Source: Blasia pusilla
Lineage: Eukaryota
DNA: 64,000 bases
Reading direction: 5' to 3'
Assembly (NCBI GenBank): GCA_050084515.1
Contig: CM114271.1
Span: forward strand, 22,444,001 to 22,508,000
The position numbers and the translations under genes are program-made. Positions 1-12,989 of the stretch are shown in pieces; position 1 is the stretch's first letter, and each line of letters starts with the position of its first letter. The notes under the pieces were generated by a model. It ran no database searches. It had not been told where the DNA came from and was given only the letters and a program-made list of their open reading frames with translations.

Positions 1-516
1 AAACCCAACTTCCCCTATGTCCCCCTTGGGCCATGGATTTTGGCCCTCAATCCAAATATAGTTCACAATCTATGGATCGACGTTTTATTGGTTATCTATC
101 AAGTTGGCTTGGCAGAGGCTTTTGGTAGATTAAGTAGCTTTCTGCTCCCCAAATGCATCTTGTTACTTGGACTTGCATTTCATTTGTCTCATAGCTAGTG
201 CCGGTCTTGACTCCTTTTTTGGCGTATCATGGTTGTCTTGCCGCCCATTACATTTCGTGACTAGTCTCAAGACGTCTCACCCATCTTGATTACTGGTGTG
301 TTCCTTGCTTCAAGCCCTTAACTTGACACTTGGCTCCAAGGTCTCAAAACTTGCTTGCCTTGCCTTTGTCCACAGGAGTAGCTACACCTCTTTCGTGCCT
401 AAATCTAGTCTTAAGACACGTGCAGGTCTTGCCTAGCGTTAGTCCCACGAAAGGGTTCCGCCCCCTTTCATAATCTCATGACTAACTAGTCTAGGTTTCG
501 ACTTAGGTGAGTCACA
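1..516 (-). repeat. 3' LTR (partial) of the gypsy element
   Basis: 190-516 aligns by eye with 21145-21474 (shared cacttggctccaaggtctcaaa, cctagcgttagtccc, ctagtctaggttt). The minus strand begins TG at 516, preceded by a purine-rich tract. Confidence 0.65.
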
Positions 517-2439
517 ACAAGATCTTTCCTCTTTGGACTTGCAATCATGACTCGCTTCTCTAGTTCTCGCTAGAATGGACAAGTAAGTCGAAAACCTCTT
601 CCACTTGAGTTGACCCTCTTGAAGACACAATAGGTAATCCCTCAGTTGAATTCACCAACGCCTTTGGTTTTGGCCTATTTCCTCACAGGACATCCAAGCC
701 TACGCCAATCTTATCTATCTCGATGTGTCGATTCGTACTAAGTACATTATACTTAGACTTGAATTTCCATAACAAACCGTGTCAAGCTCAACCATAACAA
801 GTAAATCCATCTCAATAAAAACATTCAAAACTCATTCCTCATTCAAGAAAAAATTTGGACACTTTATTGAATTCTTGGACTTTTCCAAATTTTTGCATAC
901 CATTAACATGATACTCCAAATAAAAATTTAGACAATGAAAATCCTACAAACTAGGCCACTACGATCAAGCTATGCACCAAACTCTAGTCTCACCATCTAC
1001 CTTCCCTTCAATTTTCTACTTCTATATTTGTCTAGAATTTGAAGTTCCTTTCCATAAGTCAAATTTCTTTTTGGTTCCCATGTTCTTTTGAATAAATCAT
1101 AACCTTTCTACACCACGAAGTACTTGTTTACAAATCTTTTTCCTCTCTTTACTCTATGCTCATCTTGGTCTTTGACTATGGTTGGGTCGGATCGTATCAG
1201 TCCTCTCCAAGAAGAGTCTTGATCATCCACAAATGACTTTAATTCACTTATATGGAACACATCATGAACTCACCTTATCTCCAAGAACAACCTCAATTGG
1301 TATGACACCTCTTAATCTTTTTAATATCTCAAAGGGTCATGCATATTCTATTTTCGCATCATCTTCCAAGAGATACTTGAAAATAATTGGGGAGACCTTA
1401 GTCTTATCTAGAAAAGATGCCCAAAAAAGCCCAAGATATTCAAGAACTTATCTATAATAGATCCCCAAGATAGGCATGGGCGTGTTCTAACGATGCAGGC
1501 CTCTTAGCATGCAATCACATGCCAAGAAATGCTCCATTATCATAATGGAACTCCTGAATTGAGATGCCATTAGTTCTTCAAACCAAGTTGGGGTTCTAGG
1601 ATTGAATCCCACCACCAAAAAAATTTTCTGTATCTTTTCTCTAAATCCATGGAAATATTCTACTTTAACTGTGCCATAGGCATCTTCTTTTCCCAATTTT
1701 TTTGATCTATCAAAATAGAGTTTCACCACTACTCCTCAAGTACTAAGTTTACAAATTTTGCTCGACCTTTTGTGTTTGAGTGATAACTTGAACGTAGGAG
1801 CAAATCTGCTCCTTGAGTCATAAGCAAACACATCCAAAACTTAGAGACAAACTTGGGATCCCAATCAGACATTAAATCACTTGGAAAACACAAATTTTTG
1901 AAAATATTGCTAAATAAAAATGAGTGGCTTCCCATGAGGTAATTGTATTTCAAGTCAAAATGGAAACTCTTAGCTTAGAAATTGCTCTACCACTACCATG
2001 ATCGGAGAAAATACTTTCAATTCAGCTTACAATACAATGAAATCCATGGTGACACTTTCCCATGGTCCACTTGCAATTGAAAAATCTTAAAGAAGCCATT
2101 GTTATCTTGCCATAGTCCGTTCAATCCTTTCGGCAAACCAAACACAATTGGACATACTTTATGGTATCTTTTTCTTGAGATGGCCAATAGAATATTTCTT
2201 AAGAATCTCCAAAGTCGCTATCCAACGTAGATGTCCCACTTTGGGTGTATCTTGATGAACCTTGGTCCTTAAACTCTAAGGAACATATATCCTTTGTTGC
2301 TTCCATTTCACAACACCATCCACAAGTGTCACATGCCTCGTACGCGTCCCCTTCTTTAGAGCCTCTAACCATCCTTAAGCAATTTTATCATGCTAGTAAG
2401 CCAACTTCACCAAGTTTCTCCAATCAGTTTCTGATACCA

Positions 2440-3883
2440 AAGTTCCTCTCGAGTATTGCTCCAGCGTACTTAAGGCATCGACCACAATATTTTTCTTTCC
2501 TAGCTTATAAATGATTCTCATATATAATCTCACTACGTATTCTTGTCGTGTACCTACTCCCTTGAATGCCCATCTTGTGTATTGCGGAAGCTTGTGTTCA
2601 ACACATCATGCTCTTCTTACCGATCTGCATCCAAACACACTCACATTAGCCATGGTTTGGATCAACCATCCTTGAATCTCCCGAGTCTTGGTCTCGGGCC
2701 ACCCTTTAAGCTCATTGATCTAGGCGGGGTCAGATACCAACCTAACCCCTCACTCCCCAACACACGCAAGTCATTCAAGACTTGGGACATATTTCATTGA
2801 TAATTTAGGAACCGAAATGACACGAGCGTGCCTAACAGTCCCAACTACCCAATGGACCTTGAATGAGTCTCTAACTAGGAATCAATATCTGAGTCATAGA
2901 TCAAGGCCCAAGGTTGGCAAGGTTGCACGGAAATGGACAAGTCCGGACATGTCCTCGAACATGCCCGGCCCATACCTGAGCCCGCTCAAGAGCCCACAGC
3001 GTAGACCCGGGCTGTCAGAGCCCGCACCCGTTGCACGGCCGGCGGCAAGCCCGCGGGGCACGCTTGGCCCCCATTGGATGGGCTTAGGTCTGCTCAAGGC
3101 CCGCATGGTGGACTAAGAGCCCAAGCAAGGCCTTCCCCTAGCCCACCATGTGGGCCTTGCATGGGCTTGAGCACGTCCTATGGGGGCCAAGCCCGCCTTG
3201 CGGGCATCCTATGGGCCCCGGAATGGATGCGGGCTCCGTCAGCCTTGGTCTACGTAGAGGGCTCCGTGCGGGCTCCAAGCAGGCCGTAGATATCAAGGTG
3301 CGGAAGGACATATGTCCGCGAACATGAACATGTCCACGGACTTGGACTTTGTCTGTGTGCAACCCTAAAGGTCCGTTATTTGTTCCATTTGGACTTAGCT
3401 CGGTGTCAAAACCCCAATGCTAATCTTTCAATCCATCTCGTGCCCTTGGTTCACCCTTATGGTCTCCAAGGTCGGGTTCAGGTTCCAAACATTCCTTGGA
3501 GATCCTCCCCCTTATATATAGTTCTAGAGATCCCTACCCCCTCCCTACATCTAGGGAAGCTATCTTGTGGCCCTCAACCTAATTATTTATGGCCCTCAAC
3601 CTAAATATCATTTCGATAGTTTGGGAATATATATTTTCTAGATATCTATTTATTCATTTTTCTAGATTATAATGCATTGGAATTGGAATTGGCTTCTTAC
3701 AAGCTTTTCAACACCATCTTATTCACCCAAAATGCATCTTGAGTCTAGTCATTATGATTTCAAACATGGAGAATCCCCAAACACCCAATCAAGTTCTAAA
3801 CTAGGTTGAAGTCCCTTGGCACCCAACTTTGGTAGGACTTGAGCTCTTCTCAAGTCTTGCTAAAAGTTGTTTTGCTAGGTCAC
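2440..3883 (-). mobile_element. Probable nested LTR-like segment between integrase and RNase H remnants
   Basis: Non-coding with a GC-rich core (2900-3350). It shares ggccctcaa with the LTR at 1-60, has PBS-like tctgatacca at 2430-2439, and ends ...ggtcaca next to a PPT-like tract. Boundaries are uncertain. Confidence 0.35.
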
Positions 3884-6340
3884 AACCCCCATTATTTGAG
3901 ACGCACATCAAAGCTCGTGTCTTGCTTGTGCAACTCATATCTCACTCATGAGATTCTGGCACGTTTCCATCCTAGAGTGAACCCACTAGAGTTCTGATGT
4001 CATGCAATGGCACATGTTTGGTTATGAGGGTTACAAGAATTCTTACCAATAGAGTTTTTTTGAGGAAAAATCTCTTGACTTGCAAAATATTTGCAAATGA
4101 TGTTGTTGGTGTAAACCTTGAAGTGCAGACTATGCAACAAGTATACTTCCAACTTCTTGAGAAAATGAATCAACACATACATCTCCCTTTCATGAGGCTT
4201 GTTATTCTCTAACTTGGCTGACTCATCAAAAATTGATCAATCTACTTAGTTTAACACTTCCCTAATTGCATAGTTAGATGCATTGGTCCAAACTTTGAAT
4301 AAGACCCTGATTTCCAATAACTTGAGTTCATGAGGGTTTTTAACCAAAAACTTTAGTTACTTAAATTCCTCCTAAGACTCCTCAAACCATCAAAATACCA
4401 TTTCTTTCCATGTCGAGTTATAGAGCGGTCAAGCAACCTTGGAAAAATCATAGATATGTCTTCTATAGAAGGTTACAAATCCAAAAGATGACCTTTTCTT
4501 GATTGAATTCCTTGGTGCTGGCCATAAGGCCCATAACTTCATAATTAACCTCAAGCTTGTCATGATTGGGTAGTATGCCTTCCATTTTCAATGTATGTCC
4601 CAAGCATTCCACTTCTTGGACCATGAAGCAATACTTAGAAAGTTTCATGAACAACTTATTCTTCTTCAAACGCCCCAAGACTTCTTTGAGGAGAACCTCA
4701 TGTTCCTTCTAGTTCACTGAATATATGAAGATCTTATCAAAGAATTCTACCACTCCCCTATCTAATAGATCCTAAAAGATAGAATTCACGAGAGTTATGA
4801 ATGTAGCCAACGCGTTAGTTAGTTAAAACAACATCACTAGGAACTAGTAGGATTCGAATCTTGTCCTCATCTTTATCTTATGTTTAACCTCCTCTATTAT
4901 CCAGATTTGGTAATACTCTTGTGTTAGTTCAATCTTTGCAAAATACTTGGACCCTACCACTGCATCAGACAAGTCAACTGCCAAAGGCAACTAATATTTG
5001 TCCTTGATGGTCTTTTGGTTCAACCTCTTGTAATGAATGAACCCGCTTTCCTCCAATGCCTCAATGTGCTCATACAAGAGTTGTCTTTCTTGGGGAGTCA
5101 TACTCCAAGAATTCCTCATAATCGGGGCCATTATAGATTTCAATTCAATCTTATGACCCACGTCTCACCTAGGCGGCAACCCTTTAAGAAGTTCCTTCCA
5201 AGATTTTTCTTAGTTCCTCTTTTAGTGGCACTTCATCCAATTCAGACTCCAAAGTTTTCAACGTGATTCCTCAAAATTGGAACCCTCCCTTGAGATTATT
5301 TTCAAATTGCCTTGTAGAAATCAATTGAGCAACCTATTTTACTTGATTAACCCTCAAAATTTGAGGACGCAATTTTGTGCTTTGAACCTCGAGAATCCTC
5401 ATGGCATTTCCATCACCAAGAGGAACCTTTTATATGCCTTTAGTTGATATAAGCACTCTAGCATATCTACGCAAAAATCTAAGCGATAAAATCATATATA
5501 TATATATTCGAGTCTTTCTACCATCTTCAGATCTAGAAAGTTGAAGATCAGCTCTATATCAATCAAAGCAACCATGGATTTTCGTGCAATAAGTACCTCA
5601 ACTAGATATTAACATTCATTAACAACCTGATGAAAATCCATTGAAGACTCATCACCTTAATTCCCTCAACTCATTCCCTCAAGGCTCGCGATCAATCATG
5701 CTAAACGTCAAGATGATAGTCTCACTTACCTACTCAACATCCTCATGCTTGTTGATTTCTCTTGAATTGCTCACTGTGGCAAGGGGGCTGGTATTATGGC
5801 AGGAGAGAGAAAGAGAGGAAGAGAGGAGAGTCTCTCTTAAAAAAAAAGGGCCAAATCCGCCTCCTCTCTTCAAAACTTTTTGACTTATTTGAAATTTTTG
5901 TTTGCTTTCAAATTCATGAAATATTTAGAAGAGAGTAGGTAGTGGTCCACATTCGGGCCTTAAGAAACCTCCTTTTTCCAGGGGGCGAAAAACAAGTAGA
6001 CATCATAAGTCCACTACAAACATTTTTCCATCACGCTCCATGTGAGCCTAAGTTTCTTCACATTGCCTGTCTCAATCTACAGTAAGCTGTGCCCAGGGCT
6101 ATTTTTTTTGGAGGACCATTGGCAAATAATGTGACAAGAAGTAGCAATCTCATCTCAATGAAAGGTTCAAATAACGACCAACTTTGTGAAATGTGAACTC
6201 AGGAGACGATAATTAAACCAAAAGATTTTTAGCTTTCTGGAGTAAAGAGGAAATGATGTCCCTTCATTCAGATCCTAAATCTGATAAACCGAGAAGCTAC
6301 ACCCCTCCCAATCTGTCAGAATTTTACAGGTTCCAACTCT

Positions 6341-7405
6341 TGCAACCCGTCGGAATCAGATGGCTTGCACCTCTTGCAAGCAAGCTCACCATAACAAAGG
6401 AAAGATTTTGAGAAGTGATTCCATTCCACCCTGCACCCACAAAAATTCAACTTTTTGGGAATCCGAAATGGCAATCCGACAGGTTATAGGAATCCAACAC
6501 GTCTTAGAGAAGAAAAGAAGCCTAAGATTGGTTTGACGATACTAGGGGAACGAGCCAAAAGTGAAGAAGCCCTTCAAAATACCTCAAAATTTGGTGTCCC
6601 AGGGAAAGAGTCCGATCACTCAAGCAGCCAACCTGTCGGAATCCGACAGCTTGCTTGGAAATGGTTGAAAATTTGCAGTGTTGAAAAAGTGAAAAGTTGC
6701 AACCCGTCGGAATCCGACGGGTTGCAAAATTTTAATTCTGAGTAGCTAGACGAACACAATCCACAAGTCCAAAAAAAATATTCAGCAAAATTTTACAAAC
6801 ACCATTATCGGTTGAAAAAATCTCGTCCTTTATTACATCCAAAGGAATCTCGAAAATGTACATTTGATCTAGTCTATGATTTCTTCAGCCTCGTCATCTA
6901 TAATTTTACTCCTAACTCTCCTAGGTTCCTGTACAAAAGGAATGTCTTGGGATACAAGTGGCTCCTTTGGCCGATTGTAGACGGGGATCGAAAATATTGG
7001 GGAATTAGAGAGCCTTGGCCCCCCCTTAGGTACACCATAACCGTCGCATGTAACCTGATTTGAGTCCCACCGCCTTCCTCAGCAGTATATCTTGCACGCT
7101 CTGCAATGTGACACCCATCAAGTATCAATATATGCTCCGTCCTTGGAAATACCATGATGGCAATCCCACAGGTAATAGGAATCCAACATGTCTTAGAGAA
7201 GAGAAGAAGCCTACGCCTTGTTTGACGATACTAGGGGAAGGTGCCAAAGTGAAGAAGCCCGCCAGAATGCCTCTAAAGAGTCCGAAAGAGTCCGATCACT
7301 CACGCAGCCAACCTGTCGGATTCCGACAGGTTGCCTGGAAGTGGTTAAAAAGGTGCAGTGGTCAAAAAGTGAAAAGTTGCAAGCCTTGGAAATCCGGCAG
7401 GTTGT
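6341..7405. repeat. Left subterminal cluster of CAACCCGTC-N7-GACGGGTTG palindromes
   Basis: Perfect 31-bp palindrome TTGCAACCCGTCGGA-A-TCCGACGGGTTGCAA at 6697-6727; variants near 6341, 6628, 7307 and 7378. Confidence 0.9.
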
Positions 7406-7590
7406 AAAATAGAAGTCCTCGGAGTACATAGACGATCACATTTGACAAGACCAAAAAAGATATTCAGAAAAATTTTACAAACACCATCATCGTTCGAAAA
7501 AATCTTGTCCTTTAATATATCTGAAAGAAGCTCGGAACTGTACATTTGATCTATTCTATAAAATATTTTTCCTCGTCATCAAATAAATCC
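6470..7590 (+). repeat. Direct duplication of ~430 bp (6470-6900 and 7159-7590)
   Basis: Both copies begin ggcaatcc.acaggt.ataggaatccaaca.gtcttagagaaga and end cctcgtcatc. Confidence 0.85.
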
Positions 7591-8289
7591 CTACTCAAAA
7601 CGCTGCAGTCAAGCTGGGTCCTTGAGTTCTTTGAACTCACTCATCATCGTCCGAGAGCTCTTCCAAGATTACTGTCGGCCTTGTCCTCCCAATTTTCAGA
7701 ATCGTGGGAAGAGACAATGGTGTCACTACCAATGGTGGGTCTGGAACCGGAGCTCTCAGCTTCGGAGGAGAGTTGTACGCCCCAACTAGCCTGTCGTAAT
7801 CTGCCTTTGCCTCCTTGCAAAGATCAAACAATTATTGCTTTCCCTCAAGGGAGAGAATGTTCGTGCCACTCTGCCAGACGCCTCTGATACTCGCTCCTGA
7901 AAGGCCCACTAAGTCGAACACCAAGTCACCCGGCCTTGAGCAGAGCTTGATGAGCGTTTTGAATCAGGGGTGGCGACTTTTCCCTTCCTCCAAGTAAGGG
8001 GGTACCGTCTTGCATGTAAATTCCCAGGGGGGAATTTTATAAACTATCTAAGCTGTACCCATCGGAGCATGGATCCAGGATCCATGCTTAAACACTTGGA
8101 AGTTGTGCTCGGGCCGAACAAAGCAGTAAACATAAGATTGGTCCATTTGTAAAGAAGCACGTTGGAAACAATGTCAGCAACAAGAAAGAGCTCCTTGACC
8201 ACTGGTCTACTCTCAGTATGGTGACATAATGTGCGACACGTCCCCAAAGAACTTCGCTTAACCCCAGAGAACTTCGTTATAATCCTAAC

Positions 8290-8625
8290 ATTGGAGCAAC
8301 CTGTCGGAGTCCGACGGGTTGTTTTACAAGTGTTGTGTGATTTTTTTGTCCATGAGCAATCCGTCGGAAGGCGACAGGTTGCTGGCTTAGAGCAGCCCAT
8401 GGTTGGCTAAGAGCAACCCGTCGCTTTCAGACGGGTTGTATCATTCCAGAAACACAAGGAAAAAGCATGAGCACTTGCAACCCGTCGGGTTCCGACGGGT
8501 TGCATTCACCCAATGGAGACTTGCGGTAAATTTGCAACCCGTCGCTTTCAGACGGATTGCACCACCGAAGTCTCCAGCTCAAACAATCCGAGGGGTTGCA
8601 TACAGAGATGCAACTCGTCGGAGAA
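8290..8625. repeat. Palindrome array within probable intron 2 of the MTase gene
   Basis: About 6 copies at ~60-bp spacing (8295, 8355, 8412, 8476, 8533, 8610). Candidate donor GTAAG at 8657; the acceptor is unclear. Confidence 0.8.
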
Positions 8626-10719
8626 AGACAATTTGGATACAAATTTAGAGCCCTTACCCGAATTTGACTCGTCGCGGATCAGAATGGGTACTCGTTCTTG
8701 ATGACCCACCATTGCGCCGTCCTCCACTTCAGCGACCTCTTGACGCACTCGAGGTTGAAGAGCTTGTCCTCGCTCCCTCCAGTCAAAACTAAGAAATAGC
8801 CCCTGTCACTGAGATAAGCGTATGCAAAGGAAAAGAGGAGCGCGATCTGGTCATAAGAAAGAGGGAAATTCCAGTCTAGGACCCTGTCGGACGGATTCTC
8901 GTCCCACAAGCGCAACCCCGAGGGCAAATCAGTGACGAGGAGATCCACCGCCACTTCTTCGACCTCCCCATGGACCGTCCAGGCAGCATGCCCGTTTTGT
9001 TGAAGCTTCCATCCCAGCGTTGTCAATTTCTTGATGGCGGGTGTCGACGCTTGGAAATTGAAACTTTTCAGCTCATCCAGAAGATTCGTGGAGTGAATGA
9101 TGACGCTTGTCCGGGTCGTTGTTTCTCTATGTCTTCCCAAGGATGATGGAGTGTATTCCACATCCTGGTCTGCTCCCTAGGACAACCCTGGCGCCTCTCA
9201 CTTCCGCTTCTCCCGAGTCTGCGGTCGGCTTGTTGGGGTCTCTATGACCTTAGACTTTGGTGGAGTTTTTTTTGCAGAGGACCTGGTCCGACCCTCTCTC
9301 CCCGCTCGCCTCGACGATTCCGGCTCTTGCCTTGAATTTTCAGCCTCTCTTTGGGAAGACTCGGCCTCAAAATTCTTCGATCCCCTTGCCTTGGCTTTGA
9401 GACTCGCTGTAGATTTGTCCTTGGCGGTGACGACCTTGGACACCAACTTCGCTGTCTGGAGGGCTTGCTCCTCCGCATCTCCTTCGAAAAAGTCTTCAGG
9501 CTAGACAAAATTGTTGATGTCGTCCCTACCTGCAGTCACTACATCATAGAGCAGGCGTAGATCTTTCTCGGTTATGTCCTCAGGGTCGTTGAAGTCCACC
9601 CCAATCGGGAAATTCTCCACCTCCCAATCGGACATGCTTTGAGCCATCTCCATGTCGTACATGGACAATGTCTCTCCATCAGGCGGAGAAGCCCACAATT
9701 TGGAGGCTGCCGGTATTTTTGCCATGTACTTGCATTCTTACAATGGACGAGGTACCTGAACACCATACGTTGGGCAGCTCTTAGTCGAGATGCATTGGCC
9801 GCCTACTCCTGAAGATCTTGCTTCTATTTCTTCGTTAAGGTCTGCCTGAGGGAGGATGCGATCCTTGAACATCGTCCTGAAACCTGGGTTTTTTATGGGC
9901 TTGTCCCGCATGTCATCCAGCCAAAGTTCAAAATCTTTAGCACTCTCCAGGTTTGCTTCCTCCGAAACTGGCTCTATTCTTTTCAACTCCGCTTGGAGAC
10001 CCACGAGCATGGACTTCCCGAGAAGCCGCAACGCGTCCCAGAATGACCATTCACGGAGCCAATGGGAGATCACTGGATTAGAGACACCCGGAGGATGGTG
10101 TGCCGCCCTCTTTTGGGCCTCTGTGCCCTCGAGATTGATTTTCATGAGTCGGATTCTCCTAAATTTGCTAATTCCAGACAAGGCAAATCGATGCACGCGA
10201 TCGAGAGACACTTTCTCCCCAATCCGACCTTGCGGATCTTCATCCCTCTTCCGCTAGCGCTTGATTATCGCCTTCAGCTCCTTGTAGAAATTGGGGCCAA
10301 GCTCGAGGTTGAGAATGGCGATGTAGCACTGCATCTTGCTTGCCGTGTACTTTGTAGCTACAGATACTGTAGCTTGGATGAACTTTGCACGCTCAAACAC
10401 AGACACTTTCTCCCTCTGCTCCAGCTCCAATGCAGCGCTCTTCTTGGCGGCCTGTATCTTCGACCAACAAAGGATTGTCACGGTTGCATCTTGGGAAATA
10501 AATTTATTTGCCCAAGTCTTTTTTTTTATTTGAGCACCCTTTGCCAACATCTCATTTACAAGGGTGTCGCCCAAGAACCCCTTGTACTCTTCCGGTGCGT
10601 CGTTAGCACTTTCTTCACCCGATCGCAATCCTGGATCCAGTGGTGGGTGACATTCCCCTCCGATACAATCCTGCACATCCAAACTCAATATAAGAATTTT
10701 TGCAAGGTACATGGGTTCT

Positions 10720-11342
10720 TGCAACCTGTCGGACTCCGACAGGTCGTCAAAGCTCATGGTCAGAATGGTAGCTACGAGCTAAATTTTACAACCCATCGGA
10801 GTCCGACGGATTGCATTCAGATTTGTGATTGCCACGTTTCAACCCGTCGGACTCCGACGGGTTGTCAAATAATTTGTATTTAGAGAATGGTTACCGGAAG
10901 AAAAGTGAACATATCAACCCGTCGAAGTCCGACAGGTTGCGCAATTTCAATTAATGTTGGAATTTGACGCAAAAAATGTAGCTCCCCCCATCGGACTCTG
11001 ACGAGTTGCTTTCGGCCAAAAACATCAAAAATCATCCAAAAACACCTGCGAGTCAAGCAAACCGTCAGACTCCGATGAGTTGCTTTCTTCAAAAAACATC
11101 CAAAAATAGCGGCCGGTCGAGCAACTCGTTGGACTCCGACGAGTTGCTTTCGGCCAAAAACATCCTACACCTGTGGTCAGTCGAACAACTCATCGGACTC
11201 CAACGAGTTGCTTTCGGCCAAAAACATCCTAAACCAGTGATTAGTCGAACAACTCGTCGGAGTCCGATGAGTTGCTTTCGGCCAAAAAATCCCAAAAACA
11301 GTGGCGACTCAAACAACTTGTCGGAGTCCGACGGTTTGCAGC
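10720..11342. repeat. Palindrome array within intron 1 of the MTase gene
   Basis: About 10 copies at ~60-70-bp period; local variant gcaactcgtcggactccgacgagttgctttcggccaaaaacatc. Confidence 0.9.
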
Positions 11343-12671
11343 AAGAGGAAACTTACGCGTTCATGGCATACATGGCCATCTCTACCGTCGCCATGTGATG
11401 AGGGTATGGATGTAGCACGACTGCCTTCACGCAAAAATGTGCCTCCAATGAGTTTGGGCGCTCCTCTGCAAACTGGGTCCACGCCATGAACATGTAGTTT
11501 CCATCCTAGATGGAGAAATACAGGTTCCGCATCCAGCTGAATTCCATCCCCTCTATCGCCCTTCTGAATTCCTGATCTCTCATCCTCTAGAATGTGTCGA
11601 GCGCTTCCAAGTCCTCCTCCGTAACCAGCGCTTGGGTTCCATTTTCATTATAAGGCTGAACATAGAACGGAGGGAAGCTGTTGACGTAGGATGTTGTCGA
11701 TGCCGATTGTTTCAGCTTCGCAATATCCTCGTCAGATTGAATTTCGCGGACGTACTCCATTGTTCGCAATCGGCAAAGTGGAATTCTCGGAGCGTTCTGA
11801 CCCTCCATCAGTGCCATATGCTTTACCACCTATCACAACGGGGACAAGGTCAATAAGCTACACTGAATTGCCATTGAATTGCAGCATGGGCCTTCACATA
11901 ATTCAAAGAACACAAATCCTCTCTTACCCGCTCGAAGATTGGGTTGGTGTCTTGGCCAGCCAACTGCTCTTGGATAGTAGCTGGCAAGTCCACTGAACAC
12001 TCGTCGATCCGATAGAGGTTGATTTCTTCCTCCAGGCTTAGAGACGAGGATGACCGCTCTCCTGCTTCTTCAGCGATGTCCACCATCTCCACGATGGCGG
12101 TCCTCATGACCTCATCGTCCGTCACTTGAACTTCGGCCATTTCCGGTATATTGATTGTGTCCCTGGACTTCATCGGGGATATTTCCTGCATCTCAACACT
12201 TTCGGTTGGACGGGCAGGGGCTTTCTTCAATGGCAATCGCTTTTTCCCTCTGAGCTTTTTCCAATTCTGCTCTCCTCACCGACGCGTCCAGACGCTTCTT
12301 TTCACGCTTTTTGTCGGCGATCCTTTTCTTCAAGGCCTGCGACGCCTCAGCCTCTGCGTTCTATTTTTCGAGCGCCTCATTTACGCGTTTTGCAAGAAGC
12401 TCCTGCTAGTGCATCTCCGCTTCCCTTTCCCACTCCTCGATTTCTTGCTGCCTTATCTAATTGGCCAAACGAGGCCCTTGAGATGGTGACGAAGGAGTCC
12501 TCATGGACTTGGGAGTGAAGCTCCCAACCTTGTTTGCTTGAGATTTTTCCCTCGTCATTGTTCCCGAAAATGCCTCTTATGGACAAGGAGATTGCTCTCT
12601 GTGCACGATGAATCGCCTCGAGGAATCGCCTTGATGAGTCACCTTGCTGATGTCGCGATGAGTCGCCTTGA

Positions 12672-12800
12672 TGAGTAGCTCGAATCGTCTCGCAATCGTT
12701 TGCTCGAATCGTCTCGTGATCGTTTGCTCGAATCATCTCGCGATCGTTTGCTTGAATCGTCTCGCGATCATTCGCTCGAATTGTCTCGCGATGAGTCGCC
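12672..12800. repeat. 24-bp tandem minisatellite (~5 copies)
   Basis: Unit gctcgaatcgtctcgcgatcgttt; it reads ETIRANDR repeats in ORF 12377-12829 (-). Confidence 0.85.
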
Positions 12801-12989
12801 GTGTAAAGCCCCCCTTGGTATTTGGTCAACTGCTGCGCGGAAGAGGAATTGAGATCGCGAAACGAAAAACCGGAAATTAGCGAACCTTCGCCTATTTATA
12901 CTTTTCAAGCCGTTGGACTGACTGTTGGGTCGCATCGTCCTTCCGACGGCGACGTGCCGGCCGTTATGGAAGTCTGGACGTGAAAAAAA

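Larger units (their letters stand above)
7637..12600 (-). pseudogene. Transposon-borne ParB-like domain + beta-class N4-cytosine/N6-adenine DNA methyltransferase fusion (decayed; ~2 introns)
   Basis: N-terminal coiled coil ~12480-12240. ParB-like motifs IPLCRL..VR..D..KL..SY..FYV (~11790-11650) and I*DGNYMFMAW (11491-11505; single-base changes from WDGNHR). Intron 10671-11356 (GTAAGT..GTGCAG). MTase motif IV VDLLVTDLPSG (8919-8930), then FAYAYLSDRGYFLV, DGTPLLGGREK, and motif X/I FKTLIKLCSRPGDLVFDLVGLSGASI..SGTNILSLE (~7960-7840). Several stops and frameshifts; the start is uncertain. Confidence 0.75.

Noticed and set aside
5772-5790. CACTG start suggesting a CACTA element
   Set aside because: CACTG is part of the direct repeat present at both ends, there is no inverted CAGTG terminus, and the transposase is MULE-type.
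10062-10883. 273-aa plus-strand ORF
   Set aside because: Antisense to the ParB-MTase exon; no protein-like features.
7637-12600. Bacterial restriction-modification or partition operon contamination
   Set aside because: The gene has spliceosomal introns, lies inside a TSD-bounded element nested in a plant retrotransposon, and has no ParA or restriction nuclease partner.
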